Shown: in pieces, positions 25,573 to 34,968 of the stretch
Position numbering within the stretch: position 1 is the stretch's first letter
Layout of the letters: each line of letters begins with the position of its first letter
Source: an uncultured Nitrososphaerota archaeon
Lineage (GTDB): Archaea; Thermoproteota; Methanomethylicia; Methanomethylicales; Methanomethylicaceae
Direction: 5' to 3'
DNA: 50,416 nucleotides
Assembly: GCA_964513415.1 (NCBI GenBank)
Contig: CAZEMX010000003.1
Coordinates: 1 to 50,416 of the forward strand
Position numbers and translations under genes: made by a program
Notes under the pieces: generated by a model
What the model saw: only the letters and a program-made list of their open reading frames with translations
What the model was told of the DNA's origin: nothing
Database searches by the model: none

Positions 25573-26454
25573 TTGCAGAAGCTGATGCTGATGGACCAGC
25601 GTTTGAAAGGCAGCCTCTTGGTCATGGTCTCGGCGGCCTCCTACGGGTTCATGGGCGTCTTTGCAAGGCTCGCATACGGCAGCGGCGTTGGGGTGCTCGA
25701 ACTCCTCCTCCTGAGCCTCATGCTGTCATTCGCGTCGATCGGCGCCATGTTGCGCGCCGTAGGCAAGATACCGCGCCCAACGAGTGGGCAATGCCTGAGC
25801 CTGTTCTTCTTGGGAGGCATCGCTTACGTTCTGCAGTCCTGCCTCCTCTTTCTGGCGCTTCAGTATATTCCAATCTCAATCACCGTCCTCGTATTCTATA
25901 CCTATCCCGCATTGGTCACTGCCGCCTCCCTTGTCATGAGGTGGGAACACATCACCAAGGTCACGCTGCTCTCGCTGGTCTTGGCCTTTATTGGGCTTCT
26001 GCTGGTCGTCAATCCCGCGTATGACCTGTCGATCATGGGCGTCGGCATCGCGTTTGGGTCTGCCGTGGCATATGCTGCATACGTCATCGGGTGCTCGAGG
26101 CTCCTAAAAGGGATGGCCGGGGATGCCGCCTCATTCTACATCATTGGGTTTGCTGCCGCAATGACCTCCGCATATGCCCTCGCCTTCGGGGGAATCAATT
26201 TTGACTGGCAAATCGACGGATGGCTCTGGATCGTACTTACCGCCACAATCAGCACCTCCCTCTCCATTATATCCTTCATCAAGGGACTAAGGATAATCGG
26301 TCCGACAAGGTCGTCAATACTGAGCGTGCTGGAAATAATCACATCCGTTTCTGCTGCCGCCGTAATCTTTGGAGAACGAATGACATCGCTTCAGGCTCTT
26401 GGCGTGTCGCTGCTCCTAATCTCAATCATCCTTGTCTCTTTGAGGTGGCGATAA
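25573..26454 (+). CDS. EamA/DMT-family transporter (RhtA-like family)
   Basis: About 10 TM helices in two EamA-like halves. The start is uncertain: TTG 25573, ATG 25585 or ATG 25591. Confidence 0.85.
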   Translation: MQKLMLMDQRLKGSLLVMVSAASYGFMGVFARLAYGSGVGVLELLLLSLMLSFASIGAMLRAVGKIPRPTSGQCLSLFFLGGIAYVLQSCLLFLALQYIPISITVLVFYTYPALVTAASLVMRWEHITKVTLLSLVLAFIGLLLVVNPAYDLSIMGVGIAFGSAVAYAAYVIGCSRLLKGMAGDAASFYIIGFAAAMTSAYALAFGGINFDWQIDGWLWIVLTATISTSLSIISFIKGLRIIGPTRSSILSVLEIITSVSAAAVIFGERMTSLQALGVSLLLISIILVSLRWR

Positions 26455-26512
26455 TCCGTTTTCAGTAAATATAATTCCGTAATTCTTATAGCCTCTCTCT
26501 GTTCGTATATGT

Positions 26513-26848
26513 TTGGTGAACTTTTTGCCCCGCGTAAAGGTAGCTGAAGTGGACGAGTTCCCTCCAGGAACAAAGAAGAGCATAAAGGCGTCCAAGACAC
26601 GGATCCTGCTGGTGAATGCTAGCGGTAAGATCTATGCGACCCAGTCGTTATGCACTCACCTGAGCAATCCCCTCTTCACCGGCAAGCTTCAAGGTAACCT
26701 TATATGGTGCGACAAGCACTGGGCAAGCTTTGACGTGACGAACGGGCTCGTGAAGGACCTCCCTGAGGGAGGGGCAGAGATAGCGCCGCTGAAGACCTAT
26801 CCTGTGCATATCGATGGCTCTGATATCATGGTTGATGTCCCGGATTAA
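26513..26848 (+). CDS. Rieske [2Fe-2S] domain protein (ferredoxin-type)
   Basis: CTH-x16-CDKH ligand motif in a 111-aa protein. The start is TTG 26513 or GTG 26516. Confidence 0.8.
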   Translation: MVNFLPRVKVAEVDEFPPGTKKSIKASKTRILLVNASGKIYATQSLCTHLSNPLFTGKLQGNLIWCDKHWASFDVTNGLVKDLPEGGAEIAPLKTYPVHIDGSDIMVDVPD

Positions 26849-27088
26849 TCTGCCTGCCTTGATGGCGCTCATTCCGCAGTCATGCAGTACAAGCTCATTC
26901 AAGCCGGCGATGCGCGGCACGCCTTCCTTTTTTTACCTCCTCCTGAACGTCATAATAAATTCTGTTGCCGGGCGCTTCTTTTATCAATCTACGTCATTAA
27001 CTCAATGAACCTTTTCACATGAGAAGCTTTAAACGCTGATACATAAATTTAAATCCAACAGATATTGGTTTTAATGAAGGTGCCTTGA

Positions 27089-28183
27089 ATGGATAAGCCC
27101 GTCTTCAAATTCTTCAAGCAGAAGTCTGATGAGGTGACTCTGACTCCGGATGTGATCCAGGAAAGGAAGTTGCTGTTAAAGACGCCTGTTGAGCCGGTCG
27201 ACCTTGATAAATCGATATCAATCAAGGATTTGGTTGAATCTTGGAAGGGCTGTGGCATACAGTCTCGCAGCCTGGCCGAATGCGCGACTGTGTACGAGAA
27301 CATGCTGTTAGACAAGGATAGGCCGACGGTCATGCTTGGCATCTCTGGTGCACTCATTGCCGGTGGTCTTCGCAAAGTGTTGAGCGGGATGGTCTCGAAG
27401 GGCATCGTTGACGTCATCGTCTCGACAGGGGCGATACTCTATCAGGACTATTACACTGCTCTGGGATACAGGCACTACAAGGGAACTCCGAATTCAGACG
27501 ATGAGAAGCTGCACGATCTATACATAGATCGCATATACGACTCGTATGTGGACGAGATAGGCTTTGTGCAATGCGACGACCACATCGCTGATTTCTGCTC
27601 AAGACTGGAGGCGAAGACATACTCGACAAGGGAATTCTTGTACCTGCTTGGATCGACCATAGCCGACGAGAATTCCATCCTTTATCAGGCCCACAAGCAC
27701 GGCGTGCCGGTCTTCTGCCCCGCCATAGCCGACAGCTCGATCGGGATAGGTCTCGCAGGCTTCTACAGATGGGCCGCCGAGAACAAGGTCAAGACGTTCA
27801 CTATCGACGTCCTCAAGGACAACATGGAGATCGCACAGATTGTGCTAAAATCAAAGAAGACCGGCTCGATCTACGTGGGCGGCGGTGTTCCGAAGAACTA
27901 TATTAACGATGCCGCCGTAATGCTCGATTATACTAAGGGACACTCCTACAGCTTCCAAATCACCGCCGACGCTCCGCACTGGGGCGGGCTAACTGGAAGC
28001 ACGCTTGATGAAGCCAAGTCTTGGGGGAAGGTCTCCAAGAAGGCGACCCGCGCGACGGTCTATACTGAGGCGACAATCGGGCTTCCGCTGATAGTCGGCT
28101 ACGTCCTGCAAAAAGGCGTGCATAAAGGCAGGCCGAGGGTCTCCTTCGATTGGCGCAACGAAGGGCTGACAATAACGCATTAG
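27089..28183 (+). CDS. dys: deoxyhypusine synthase
   Basis: Length and motifs are DHS-like (GISGALIAGGLR..., VSTGA..., GGGVPKNYIND). Confidence 0.9.
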   Translation: MDKPVFKFFKQKSDEVTLTPDVIQERKLLLKTPVEPVDLDKSISIKDLVESWKGCGIQSRSLAECATVYENMLLDKDRPTVMLGISGALIAGGLRKVLSGMVSKGIVDVIVSTGAILYQDYYTALGYRHYKGTPNSDDEKLHDLYIDRIYDSYVDEIGFVQCDDHIADFCSRLEAKTYSTREFLYLLGSTIADENSILYQAHKHGVPVFCPAIADSSIGIGLAGFYRWAAENKVKTFTIDVLKDNMEIAQIVLKSKKTGSIYVGGGVPKNYINDAAVMLDYTKGHSYSFQITADAPHWGGLTGSTLDEAKSWGKVSKKATRATVYTEATIGLPLIVGYVLQKGVHKGRPRVSFDWRNEGLTITH

Positions 28184-28214
28184 GCAATCAAGTATGACCT
28201 TTTGTTTTAATATC

Positions 28215-28239
28215 GGGCCCCATCCTGGGGCCCTCTTTT
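28215..28239 (+). terminator. GC hairpin plus T-run downstream of dys
   Basis: GGGCCCCA-tcc-TGGGGCCC (28215-28233, 8 bp perfect) followed by TCTTTT. It overlaps the only possible (TTG) start of the next ORF. Confidence 0.35.
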
Positions 28240-29254
28240 GCATCCTCTCGCCGCCGTAGCCTTCCTGTGCCTGGCCATCTCCTTGCCGGTTGCCAACACT
28301 GCCCCCTGTGCCGTCCACGATGTCTACGTCTTCATTGATGGGCGGCCTGCAGACGCTGTCATTGAGTCCGGCGGCGATTACATTGCAACGTATGCAGGCC
28401 ATGCCACGCTGCAGGGTCACCCTCCATCAATTACCGTGTGCATTGCTGATCGATGCCAGAGCGTAGAACTAGGCAGCGGCCCATCAACAATCGTGGATCT
28501 ATTCACGGTCTCATGCCATGCATTGGATCACTATGGGAACACGCTTTTCAATACCGTGCTATACATCGACGGCTCCGCGTCACCCTCCACCGCGCCCATC
28601 CTCAGTGGCGTCCATGCCTTTCAATGCTCTTATGGCGGGGTCATGTTCGATCTAGGGCGACACGCGATCTTCGAGTCCTGTTCCATCAATGCCAAACTGG
28701 CAGTCTCGGACATGAACCTGCAGATCCTTGAGGCATCGGTGAGCGCTCCTGACGGAACGCACATCGAGGCACGGTCCAGTTCGACCGGATCCATCTACAG
28801 TGCCCTCACAGAGGGCGGCAAAGTCCGATTCCCTGCGCTACCGTTCGGAACATACAATATCTCGATGGATGGGGCATGGGTCATCATCGCGCACAACTCA
28901 TCATCAACGAAGCGCCTGACTCTGACCTCTCCAGCGGACATCGCCATATCTGTTAGAAACTGCTATATGCTCCTGCCGACCGAGCTCAGCCTCCGCGTGC
29001 TGGATAGCCATGGCGTGCCAATAGCCGGATGCACGATCGAGATTCTGCAGAACGGCATCTCAAGGCGCATCGATGCAGACCGCTCAGGCTCGGCTACGGT
29101 TTTGATCCCTCCTTCCCTCTCGCCGCACGAAACGATCGTCGTCATCGGGGGCAACATCAAAAAGGAACTGCTGATGGACCGGAACCCCGCGCCGGCGTTA
29201 CTGATTCCGTGCAGCATAGTTTTAATCGCATGCGTGCTAGCAAAACGGATTTAA
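28238..29254 (+). CDS. hypothetical exported, C-terminally membrane-anchored protein
   Basis: Hydrophobic N-terminus (AAVAFLCLAISLPVANTA), a beta-rich body and a C-terminal TM (LLIPCSIVLIACVLAKRI). Only a TTG start is available. Confidence 0.45.
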   Translation: MHPLAAVAFLCLAISLPVANTAPCAVHDVYVFIDGRPADAVIESGGDYIATYAGHATLQGHPPSITVCIADRCQSVELGSGPSTIVDLFTVSCHALDHYGNTLFNTVLYIDGSASPSTAPILSGVHAFQCSYGGVMFDLGRHAIFESCSINAKLAVSDMNLQILEASVSAPDGTHIEARSSSTGSIYSALTEGGKVRFPALPFGTYNISMDGAWVIIAHNSSSTKRLTLTSPADIAISVRNCYMLLPTELSLRVLDSHGVPIAGCTIEILQNGISRRIDADRSGSATVLIPPSLSPHETIVVIGGNIKKELLMDRNPAPALLIPCSIVLIACVLAKRI

Positions 29255-29328
29255 GCCCACTCGATCACCACTCTGATTGATGATTGGGGGCTGCAAAAGC
29301 GCGGCCTTTGCGGCTGTCATCCTGTTTT

Positions 29329-30000
29329 ATGGGGGGCGCTGGCGATATGGGCCTATCTGATTATCTTGGGCGTTTCTGGCACAGCTCAGAGCCGATGTTT
29401 GGCGTAATCATGGTCATCTGTTTCACAAGCATCTTGCGGACGAATGTCGCGATTGCCGAATCGATGGTTTGGCGTATCATAGACGCCGCGCTGGCATGCT
29501 GCATCGCCTGGGGGCTCGTGGACGGCATATTCTATGCCTGGGAGCTTAACTACGACCGTAAAAAGATGGAGCGACTCGTGGCGCTTTCGAAATCGCAAGC
29601 CAATGAGGAATCGGCGCTATCGCTGCTGGATGAAAATTTGACCGATACCATCATTGGAACATTGAACGATCATGACCGAGCGCATCTGTACAGCCGGCTC
29701 CTAGAGAGGATACGGGACGTAGATGTGGGGCGCGTCCCACTCAAGAACAGCGTCATTACGGTCCTGATCACGTTCTGCCTCGTTGTAGGCACCGCCGTGA
29801 TCGTCCTCTCGCCCTTCGCCCTGATTCCGCAAGTTTCGACAGCTCTGCTCCTCTCCAACGCATTGGGCATCGCCCTGCTCTTCTTCGTGGGCTACTGGAG
29901 GGAGGAGGGTCTGCAGCTGAGGATGAAATTCAGGTCCGGAATAATGACTGCACTAGTGGCATTGATAATTACCATAGTGACCGTTTATCTCGGCGGCTGA
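29329..30000 (+). CDS. hypothetical integral membrane protein (about 5 TM with a central soluble helical insert)
   Basis: Helices MFGVIMVICFTSIL, AALACCIAWGLVDGIFYAW, VITVLITFCLVVGTAVIVL, ALLLSNALGIALLFFVGYW and IMTALVALIITIVTVYLGG. The start is uncertain (TTG 29284, ATG 29329 or ATG 29347). Confidence 0.5.
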   Translation: MGGAGDMGLSDYLGRFWHSSEPMFGVIMVICFTSILRTNVAIAESMVWRIIDAALACCIAWGLVDGIFYAWELNYDRKKMERLVALSKSQANEESALSLLDENLTDTIIGTLNDHDRAHLYSRLLERIRDVDVGRVPLKNSVITVLITFCLVVGTAVIVLSPFALIPQVSTALLLSNALGIALLFFVGYWREEGLQLRMKFRSGIMTALVALIITIVTVYLGG

Positions 30001-30793
30001 CCTCCGCCGCATCCATCGGGCCGGTGCTGTATCCCTCCATGTCGAGGGCGACTCTATCGAACCCTAGGCCTCTCAGCCTGCCCACTATTGCCGAACGCAG
30101 CTTCTCATTGGTCATCCTTCCTATCTCCGGGGGATCCAGCTCGATCCTCGCCATGTTGCCATGAACCCTTACTCTGACCTGCCTGAATCCCAGCCCCTTT
30201 ATGAACGACTCTGCCTCGTTCACGGTACGCACGCCTTCAGGCGTGATCTTTTCACCAACTGGAAACCTGGTGGCTGCGCATGGGCTGGATGGGCGGTCAT
30301 GTTCCAGCCCCCTCTGCTTCAGCATCTCCCTCACCTCTGCTTTACCGATCCCCAGCTCCGCAAGAGGGCTCCTGATCCCTGCCTCCATTATCGCCCTGAT
30401 TCCCGGGCGATCGAGCCGCATATCGTCCATATTGGTGCCGTCTACGACCATGTCGAAGCCGAGCATCCTTCCGTTGCGCTTTATGCTTCTCATTATAGTC
30501 TTCTTGCACAGGTAGCATCTGTCCGGCGGGTTACTCGCAACCCTCTTCGGGAGCCTTACTTGGACAACGAAATGCCTTATCCCCAAAATCCCTGCAACGG
30601 CCTTCGCCACCTCGATGTCGCCGCCACTGGAGAATATTGTCTCCGCGGTGAACGCTGCGGCATCCTCCCCCAGCCCCTCATGCGCCGCCAGAGCAACAAC
30701 CGTGCTGTCCACTCCGCCAGAGAATGCGACCGCTACGCGCTTGCCGTTGAACCAGCCCTTCAGATCCTCGTACCTGCTCCGCCCCTCACTCAT
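29969..30793 (-). CDS. PP-loop ATP pyrophosphatase of the LarE/TIGR00268 family (sulfur-insertase-like)
   Basis: VAFSGGVDST PP-loop, NPPDRCYLCKK, SSPCAATRFP (Cys at the LarE sacrificial-Cys position) and GFRQVRVRVHGNMARIEL. Aligns by eye along its length with Lactobacillus LarE. Confidence 0.8.
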   Translation of the reverse strand: MSEGRSRYEDLKGWFNGKRVAVAFSGGVDSTVVALAAHEGLGEDAAAFTAETIFSSGGDIEVAKAVAGILGIRHFVVQVRLPKRVASNPPDRCYLCKKTIMRSIKRNGRMLGFDMVVDGTNMDDMRLDRPGIRAIMEAGIRSPLAELGIGKAEVREMLKQRGLEHDRPSSPCAATRFPVGEKITPEGVRTVNEAESFIKGLGFRQVRVRVHGNMARIELDPPEIGRMTNEKLRSAIVGRLRGLGFDRVALDMEGYSTGPMDAAEVSRRDKRSLW

Positions 30794-31646
30794 CCCCGGT
30801 TAACACCTCTCCATAAGCGTCTACGACGACCTGGAATGTCCTGCTCCCTATGCTCCTAACAACCCGTGACTGCATCTCCATGATATTGAATATTGCGGCT
30901 GCGCCCTCCGCGGTTTGCCTCTCAGCATCCGCCATGGCGTCCTCCCTTCGCCTGCCCTTCGTGTGTAGGTAGATGTGCAGCCATCCTCTGCCGCTAAGAT
31001 ACTTGACTGCATGCTCCATGTAATCTATGGCCCGTTCCGGGAGCGGCATCAGTACCCTCTCCGCCGTGCCCCGCAGGCTACGCACGAAGTCCTTGGCATC
31101 ACCCATGAGGGGGATCACCCTGTCTGCCATCCCGTTCATCTCGACATTCTCAACCATCAGTTCGCAAGCAACTGGATTGCAGTCGATGGAGTATACCTTC
31201 TTCACGCCCGCCAGCCTCGCCATGACTATCGAGAATGTGCCCACCCCTGCAAACATGTTCACCACCGTCTCGCCCGGACGGCAGATTCCTGCAACCCTGC
31301 GCCTCTCGAACGAGAGCCTCGGTGAGAAGTATACCCTCGAGATGTCAACCTTGAAAGAACACCCGCTCTCGACGTATATCGTCGTCGTCCTCTTCTCGCC
31401 CGCAAGCCATTCCACTCCTCTGACCCTCTCCACGATGTTGACGGGTGTCGTCTGCCTGTAAACTGCCTTCAGAGAGGGCAGCCTCTCGAGCAGCATCTCC
31501 CCCATCTCATGCCTTCTCTCCATGAGCGAATCTGGCACCTTGATTATGCCTATATCCCCGACTATGTCGATGCCAGAGAGTGCCCTCGATGCATCGCCCA
31601 CTCCAAATTTGCCTTCCAACGCCTGACGCACAGCCCTTCTTCGCAT
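30786..31646 (-). CDS. Trm5/Taw22-like (Met-10+) SAM-dependent tRNA methyltransferase
   Basis: VYFSPRLSFERRRV and VNMFAGVGTFSI motifs. Its stop overlaps the LarE-like start by 8 nt. Confidence 0.8.
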   Translation of the reverse strand: MRRRAVRQALEGKFGVGDASRALSGIDIVGDIGIIKVPDSLMERRHEMGEMLLERLPSLKAVYRQTTPVNIVERVRGVEWLAGEKRTTTIYVESGCSFKVDISRVYFSPRLSFERRRVAGICRPGETVVNMFAGVGTFSIVMARLAGVKKVYSIDCNPVACELMVENVEMNGMADRVIPLMGDAKDFVRSLRGTAERVLMPLPERAIDYMEHAVKYLSGRGWLHIYLHTKGRRREDAMADAERQTAEGAAAIFNIMEMQSRVVRSIGSRTFQVVVDAYGEVLTGDE

Positions 31647-31657
31647 CTTACCACCGG

Positions 31658-33250
31658 TCAGCGCTTTGGTCTTATGTTTATCTTGAGGCCGAGCTTGTCC
31701 TCCATGCGTTGGAGCTTCTTGCGCGCCCTCTTCATTATTATCGGTATTGCCTCGTTCGGGACATATGCCTCCACTGCCTGCCCGTTAGCGGAGACATCCA
31801 CCTCGCTCATGTTTACATACCTGCCTAGAATTCTTCCAATTAGCGGCTTTACCCTGTCCTCCTTCACCTCCTGCGCCGAACCCTGCCCATAGTGTTCCCT
31901 GCGCTTCATCGGAACGACGAACGTCCTCTCTCCAAAGACGTATATCTCATACTCGACCTCGCCCGTCGCCGAGTTCTTCACCTGAACCACCGGTCTCGTC
32001 AGGTCAGACTCTGTAAGACCGTGCGGCACCTTGACCGTGGTCAATAGCTCATAGACCTTCTCGACCGTTCCCTTGTTGATGAAGACGACCGTGTCTATCA
32101 CCGACGGTATCACGCCCAGCTCGACCCTGCCCAGGAACCTCTGGATCGAGTCAATCGGCGCCGTTGCATGTATCACGCCGACCATGCCGACCCCCGCCAG
32201 CCTCAGATCAGTGAATATCTTGAAGTCGTCGGTGTCCCGCATCTCATCGAAGAAGGTATAGTCCGGGCGGCTGAGGAGCAGCACATCGTGGAGCTCCTCC
32301 GATGAGGATCGGGTCTTTGAGTACTGGGTGGCAGTGGGTGGGAGGTGCAGGTCCCTTGGCGATTCGATCGTCTTGATGATCTTATTCTGCCTCAAGTAGA
32401 ACTTTGCCAGCGCCATTGCAAACGTGGTCTTGCCCATTCCCGGCGCGCCGGCTATCAGCACTCCCTCGGCACGCTCGGTGAACCTGCTCAGGAGGCTGTT
32501 GGGCAGGTCATAGTCCTCGATCTCAAGGACCGCCACCTTTCTGGTGATCGTCAGCTCGAGCCTGTCAGAGAAGGGCGGGAATGTGATTATTATCCTGCTG
32601 TCCTTCAGCATGATGATGTTCGAGCCTTCCCTCTTGACCTCGAGGAACCCCTCGCCGGACTCCGCCCTCTCTAGAATGTCCTGGACTACCTTCTCCAGCT
32701 CAACCTTCGTTATCGGCTCCCTATTGATGTCCGTGAGCTCCCAGCTGCCCGGCCTGCCTACCTTTGCCCTAGGGGGAACCCCTTCCTTCAGGTGAACTGA
32801 CATCGTATCCTTTGTAAAGTACTTCTGAAAAATCGGCTCCGCCGGCCGCTTCGTCTTTCCCTTTATCACCCTGATCCCTATCGACTCTGCGACCTTTGCA
32901 AGGTTTTCGTTGGATGCCACGAGCGTATAGCCGCCTTCATAGGCGATCTTCAGCACAGACTCGTCAGGGTCGTCTGCCCTCTTGGCGCCCTCCTTCAGGA
33001 TCACCTCGATGCCTGTCTGCTCGGCGACCGCCTTCAGCTTTGCGAGCTCATCCAATCCCATGACGTCCCCGCGTTCTGAATCTCTGCGGATGACGTCGAC
33101 CACTGCGCCCGCCAAAATTATCCTGCGTTCGATCTTGCCGCCGCAGATCAGGTCTGCAGCAAATCCCGATTTTATCGAGGTTATGTCCGGGATTGCCTCA
33201 AAAGCAGCCCCGCTCGCCTCAGGCGTCCCCTCGCCGATAGCTCCTCTCAT
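31658..33250 (-). CDS. PIN-domain / PilT-like ATPase / KH-domain protein (COG1855-type)
   Basis: N-terminal PIN-like IPDITSI, Walker A GAPGMGKTT, and a C-terminal KH-like segment. Confidence 0.75.
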   Translation of the reverse strand: MRGAIGEGTPEASGAAFEAIPDITSIKSGFAADLICGGKIERRIILAGAVVDVIRRDSERGDVMGLDELAKLKAVAEQTGIEVILKEGAKRADDPDESVLKIAYEGGYTLVASNENLAKVAESIGIRVIKGKTKRPAEPIFQKYFTKDTMSVHLKEGVPPRAKVGRPGSWELTDINREPITKVELEKVVQDILERAESGEGFLEVKREGSNIIMLKDSRIIITFPPFSDRLELTITRKVAVLEIEDYDLPNSLLSRFTERAEGVLIAGAPGMGKTTFAMALAKFYLRQNKIIKTIESPRDLHLPPTATQYSKTRSSSEELHDVLLLSRPDYTFFDEMRDTDDFKIFTDLRLAGVGMVGVIHATAPIDSIQRFLGRVELGVIPSVIDTVVFINKGTVEKVYELLTTVKVPHGLTESDLTRPVVQVKNSATGEVEYEIYVFGERTFVVPMKRREHYGQGSAQEVKEDRVKPLIGRILGRYVNMSEVDVSANGQAVEAYVPNEAIPIIMKRARKKLQRMEDKLGLKINIRPKR

Positions 33251-33303
33251 GGATTACCCTAATGCAGTTTCATCTATTGAATGTTTTCGCCCTCAGGCGG
33301 GGT

Positions 33304-34962
33304 TCAGAGCCGCTTTCTCATGAAGTTGGAGCCGGGCACCTTACGGTACCCCCTCCTCCTATAATAGCCCCTCACACCGACGCCCGGCAGCACTACGATC
33401 GTGTCAAGCCCGTGCCTCTCCTTGGCAATCGTCTCGGCCAAATCCAAGAGCCTGCCTCCCCATCCTTGGTGCTGGAAACCATCCATGCCATGCCCACCAA
33501 CCGGTGCCTGCTGGCCATATATGTGCAGCTCCCTCACGACTGCCGCCTCCTGAACCTCTGGCCTGTGTGCCTCCCTGGATGGGATCCTCAGCCTCAAAAA
33601 TCCGACGAGCAGGTCCTCTTTGACATCCTCCGCGGCTATGAACTCCTCCGTTCCGCCACCCGCCTTGTATGACCTCACAACAACTTCAGGGCGGATCGCC
33701 TCCATATTCACACCCCTCATCTTGGCTAGGCCCACCTCCCTGCACCTTATGCACCTGCACCCCGTCCCCCTCCTCTTCGCCTCCCTGTCGACGAGCTCCC
33801 TCAGGTTGCTCCTCCTGACACCCCCTTCGATTATGCCCGCAGGCACGTCGCGCTGAATCCTGGCCACCCTCACCCACTCCGGAAACCCCTGCTGTGCCGT
33901 CGCTATGAGGTCTATGGCGTCCTCGCATGTGAGCGGCTCGTACTTCCCCTCCTTCCAGAGCTGGTGCAGTTTCGTCCCCTCTATCACCAGCGTGGGGTAT
34001 ATCTTCAGGTAGTCCGGCCTGAACCTCTCGTCCTCGAAGATCGTCCTCAGCGTCTCCAGGTCATGCTTGCGGCTAGCTCCCGGAAGGCCGGGCATTATGT
34101 GGTAGCCCACCTTCAGCCCGCTGTCCCTAATCACCCTTGTCGCGTCAACAATCTGCTTCAGCCCGCATCCTCTGTTCATCCCCTCGAGTATCGCATCATC
34201 AAGGGTCTGGACCCCGACCTCGACGAGGGTTGCCCCCATCCTTATCATCCTGTCTACTTGGGCCGCTCCTGCCCAATCCGGCCGGGTCTCCATCGTTATT
34301 CCTATGCAGCGCACGCTGCAGCTCTCGTTCCTCCTCTGAACCTCCTCGAGGTACTGCCATCCTTGGGTCATATCCCCTCTGTGGTCGTTCATTGCCTGCA
34401 GGCACCTCGTCACGAACCACTCCTGATAGTCAAGGTCCGTGGCTGGGAACGTCCCCCCCATTATGATCAGCTGGACCTTTGATGGGCGATGGCCTATGGT
34501 GGCATACTGGCCGAGCCTGAGTTTCACCTGCAGGTATGGGTCGAAGTTGGCCTGCAGCCCCCTCATCAGCGCGGGCTCGTTGCCAAGGTAGCTCTGCGGC
34601 GTCCCCATCTCTGTGCCGCCCGGGCAGTAGGCGCACGGCGAATCCTTCGGGCACTTGGTAGGTTTGGTCATGACTGCCACGGTGTATATCCCCGAAGCAG
34701 ACCTCACGCCCTTGCCTCTGAGGATCCCGATGAGGTGCTCCTCCCCATTCTGGAGATATCTCAGTATCTCGTGGTTCTTCGGGAGGTCTCGGAGCCCCTC
34801 CTCCTTGGCCAGTTCATACTTTACCTTGGCCAGATCCTGCCTCTGCAGGTCGCAGCGTTTCATCCTCTCGATGATCCGCCTCGCCAAAATCCTCTGAGCA
34901 TCTTCGCAGCACCCTCCCCTGCTCCCGTCAGGGCAGGGTTCTGTTCGAGGTCTCCCGCTCAC
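33304..34962 (-). CDS. elp3: Elp3, radical SAM/GNAT tRNA U34 carboxymethyl-modification enzyme
   Basis: Radical SAM CAYCPGG and a C-terminal GNAT motif (FQHQGWGGRLL). 552 aa. Confidence 0.9.
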   Translation of the reverse strand: MSGRPRTEPCPDGSRGGCCEDAQRILARRIIERMKRCDLQRQDLAKVKYELAKEEGLRDLPKNHEILRYLQNGEEHLIGILRGKGVRSASGIYTVAVMTKPTKCPKDSPCAYCPGGTEMGTPQSYLGNEPALMRGLQANFDPYLQVKLRLGQYATIGHRPSKVQLIIMGGTFPATDLDYQEWFVTRCLQAMNDHRGDMTQGWQYLEEVQRRNESCSVRCIGITMETRPDWAGAAQVDRMIRMGATLVEVGVQTLDDAILEGMNRGCGLKQIVDATRVIRDSGLKVGYHIMPGLPGASRKHDLETLRTIFEDERFRPDYLKIYPTLVIEGTKLHQLWKEGKYEPLTCEDAIDLIATAQQGFPEWVRVARIQRDVPAGIIEGGVRRSNLRELVDREAKRRGTGCRCIRCREVGLAKMRGVNMEAIRPEVVVRSYKAGGGTEEFIAAEDVKEDLLVGFLRLRIPSREAHRPEVQEAAVVRELHIYGQQAPVGGHGMDGFQHQGWGGRLLDLAETIAKERHGLDTIVVLPGVGVRGYYRRRGYRKVPGSNFMRKRL

Positions 34963-34968
34963 CGTTCC

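Noticed and set aside
29284-30000. VIT1/CCC1-family iron transporter assignment for the 5-TM protein, based on topology (two TM, a soluble insert, three TM).
   Set aside because: The conserved VIT TM1 motif (G-x-x-DG-x-x-S) is not present. Only the topology is similar, so the protein was left as hypothetical.
31658-33250. PIN-domain protein as a toxin of a toxin-antitoxin or defence module.
   Set aside because: It is the large, conserved archaeal PIN + PilT-like ATPase + KH architecture (COG1855-type). It is not a ~130-aa VapC, has no small antitoxin partner, and sits among RNA-modification genes.
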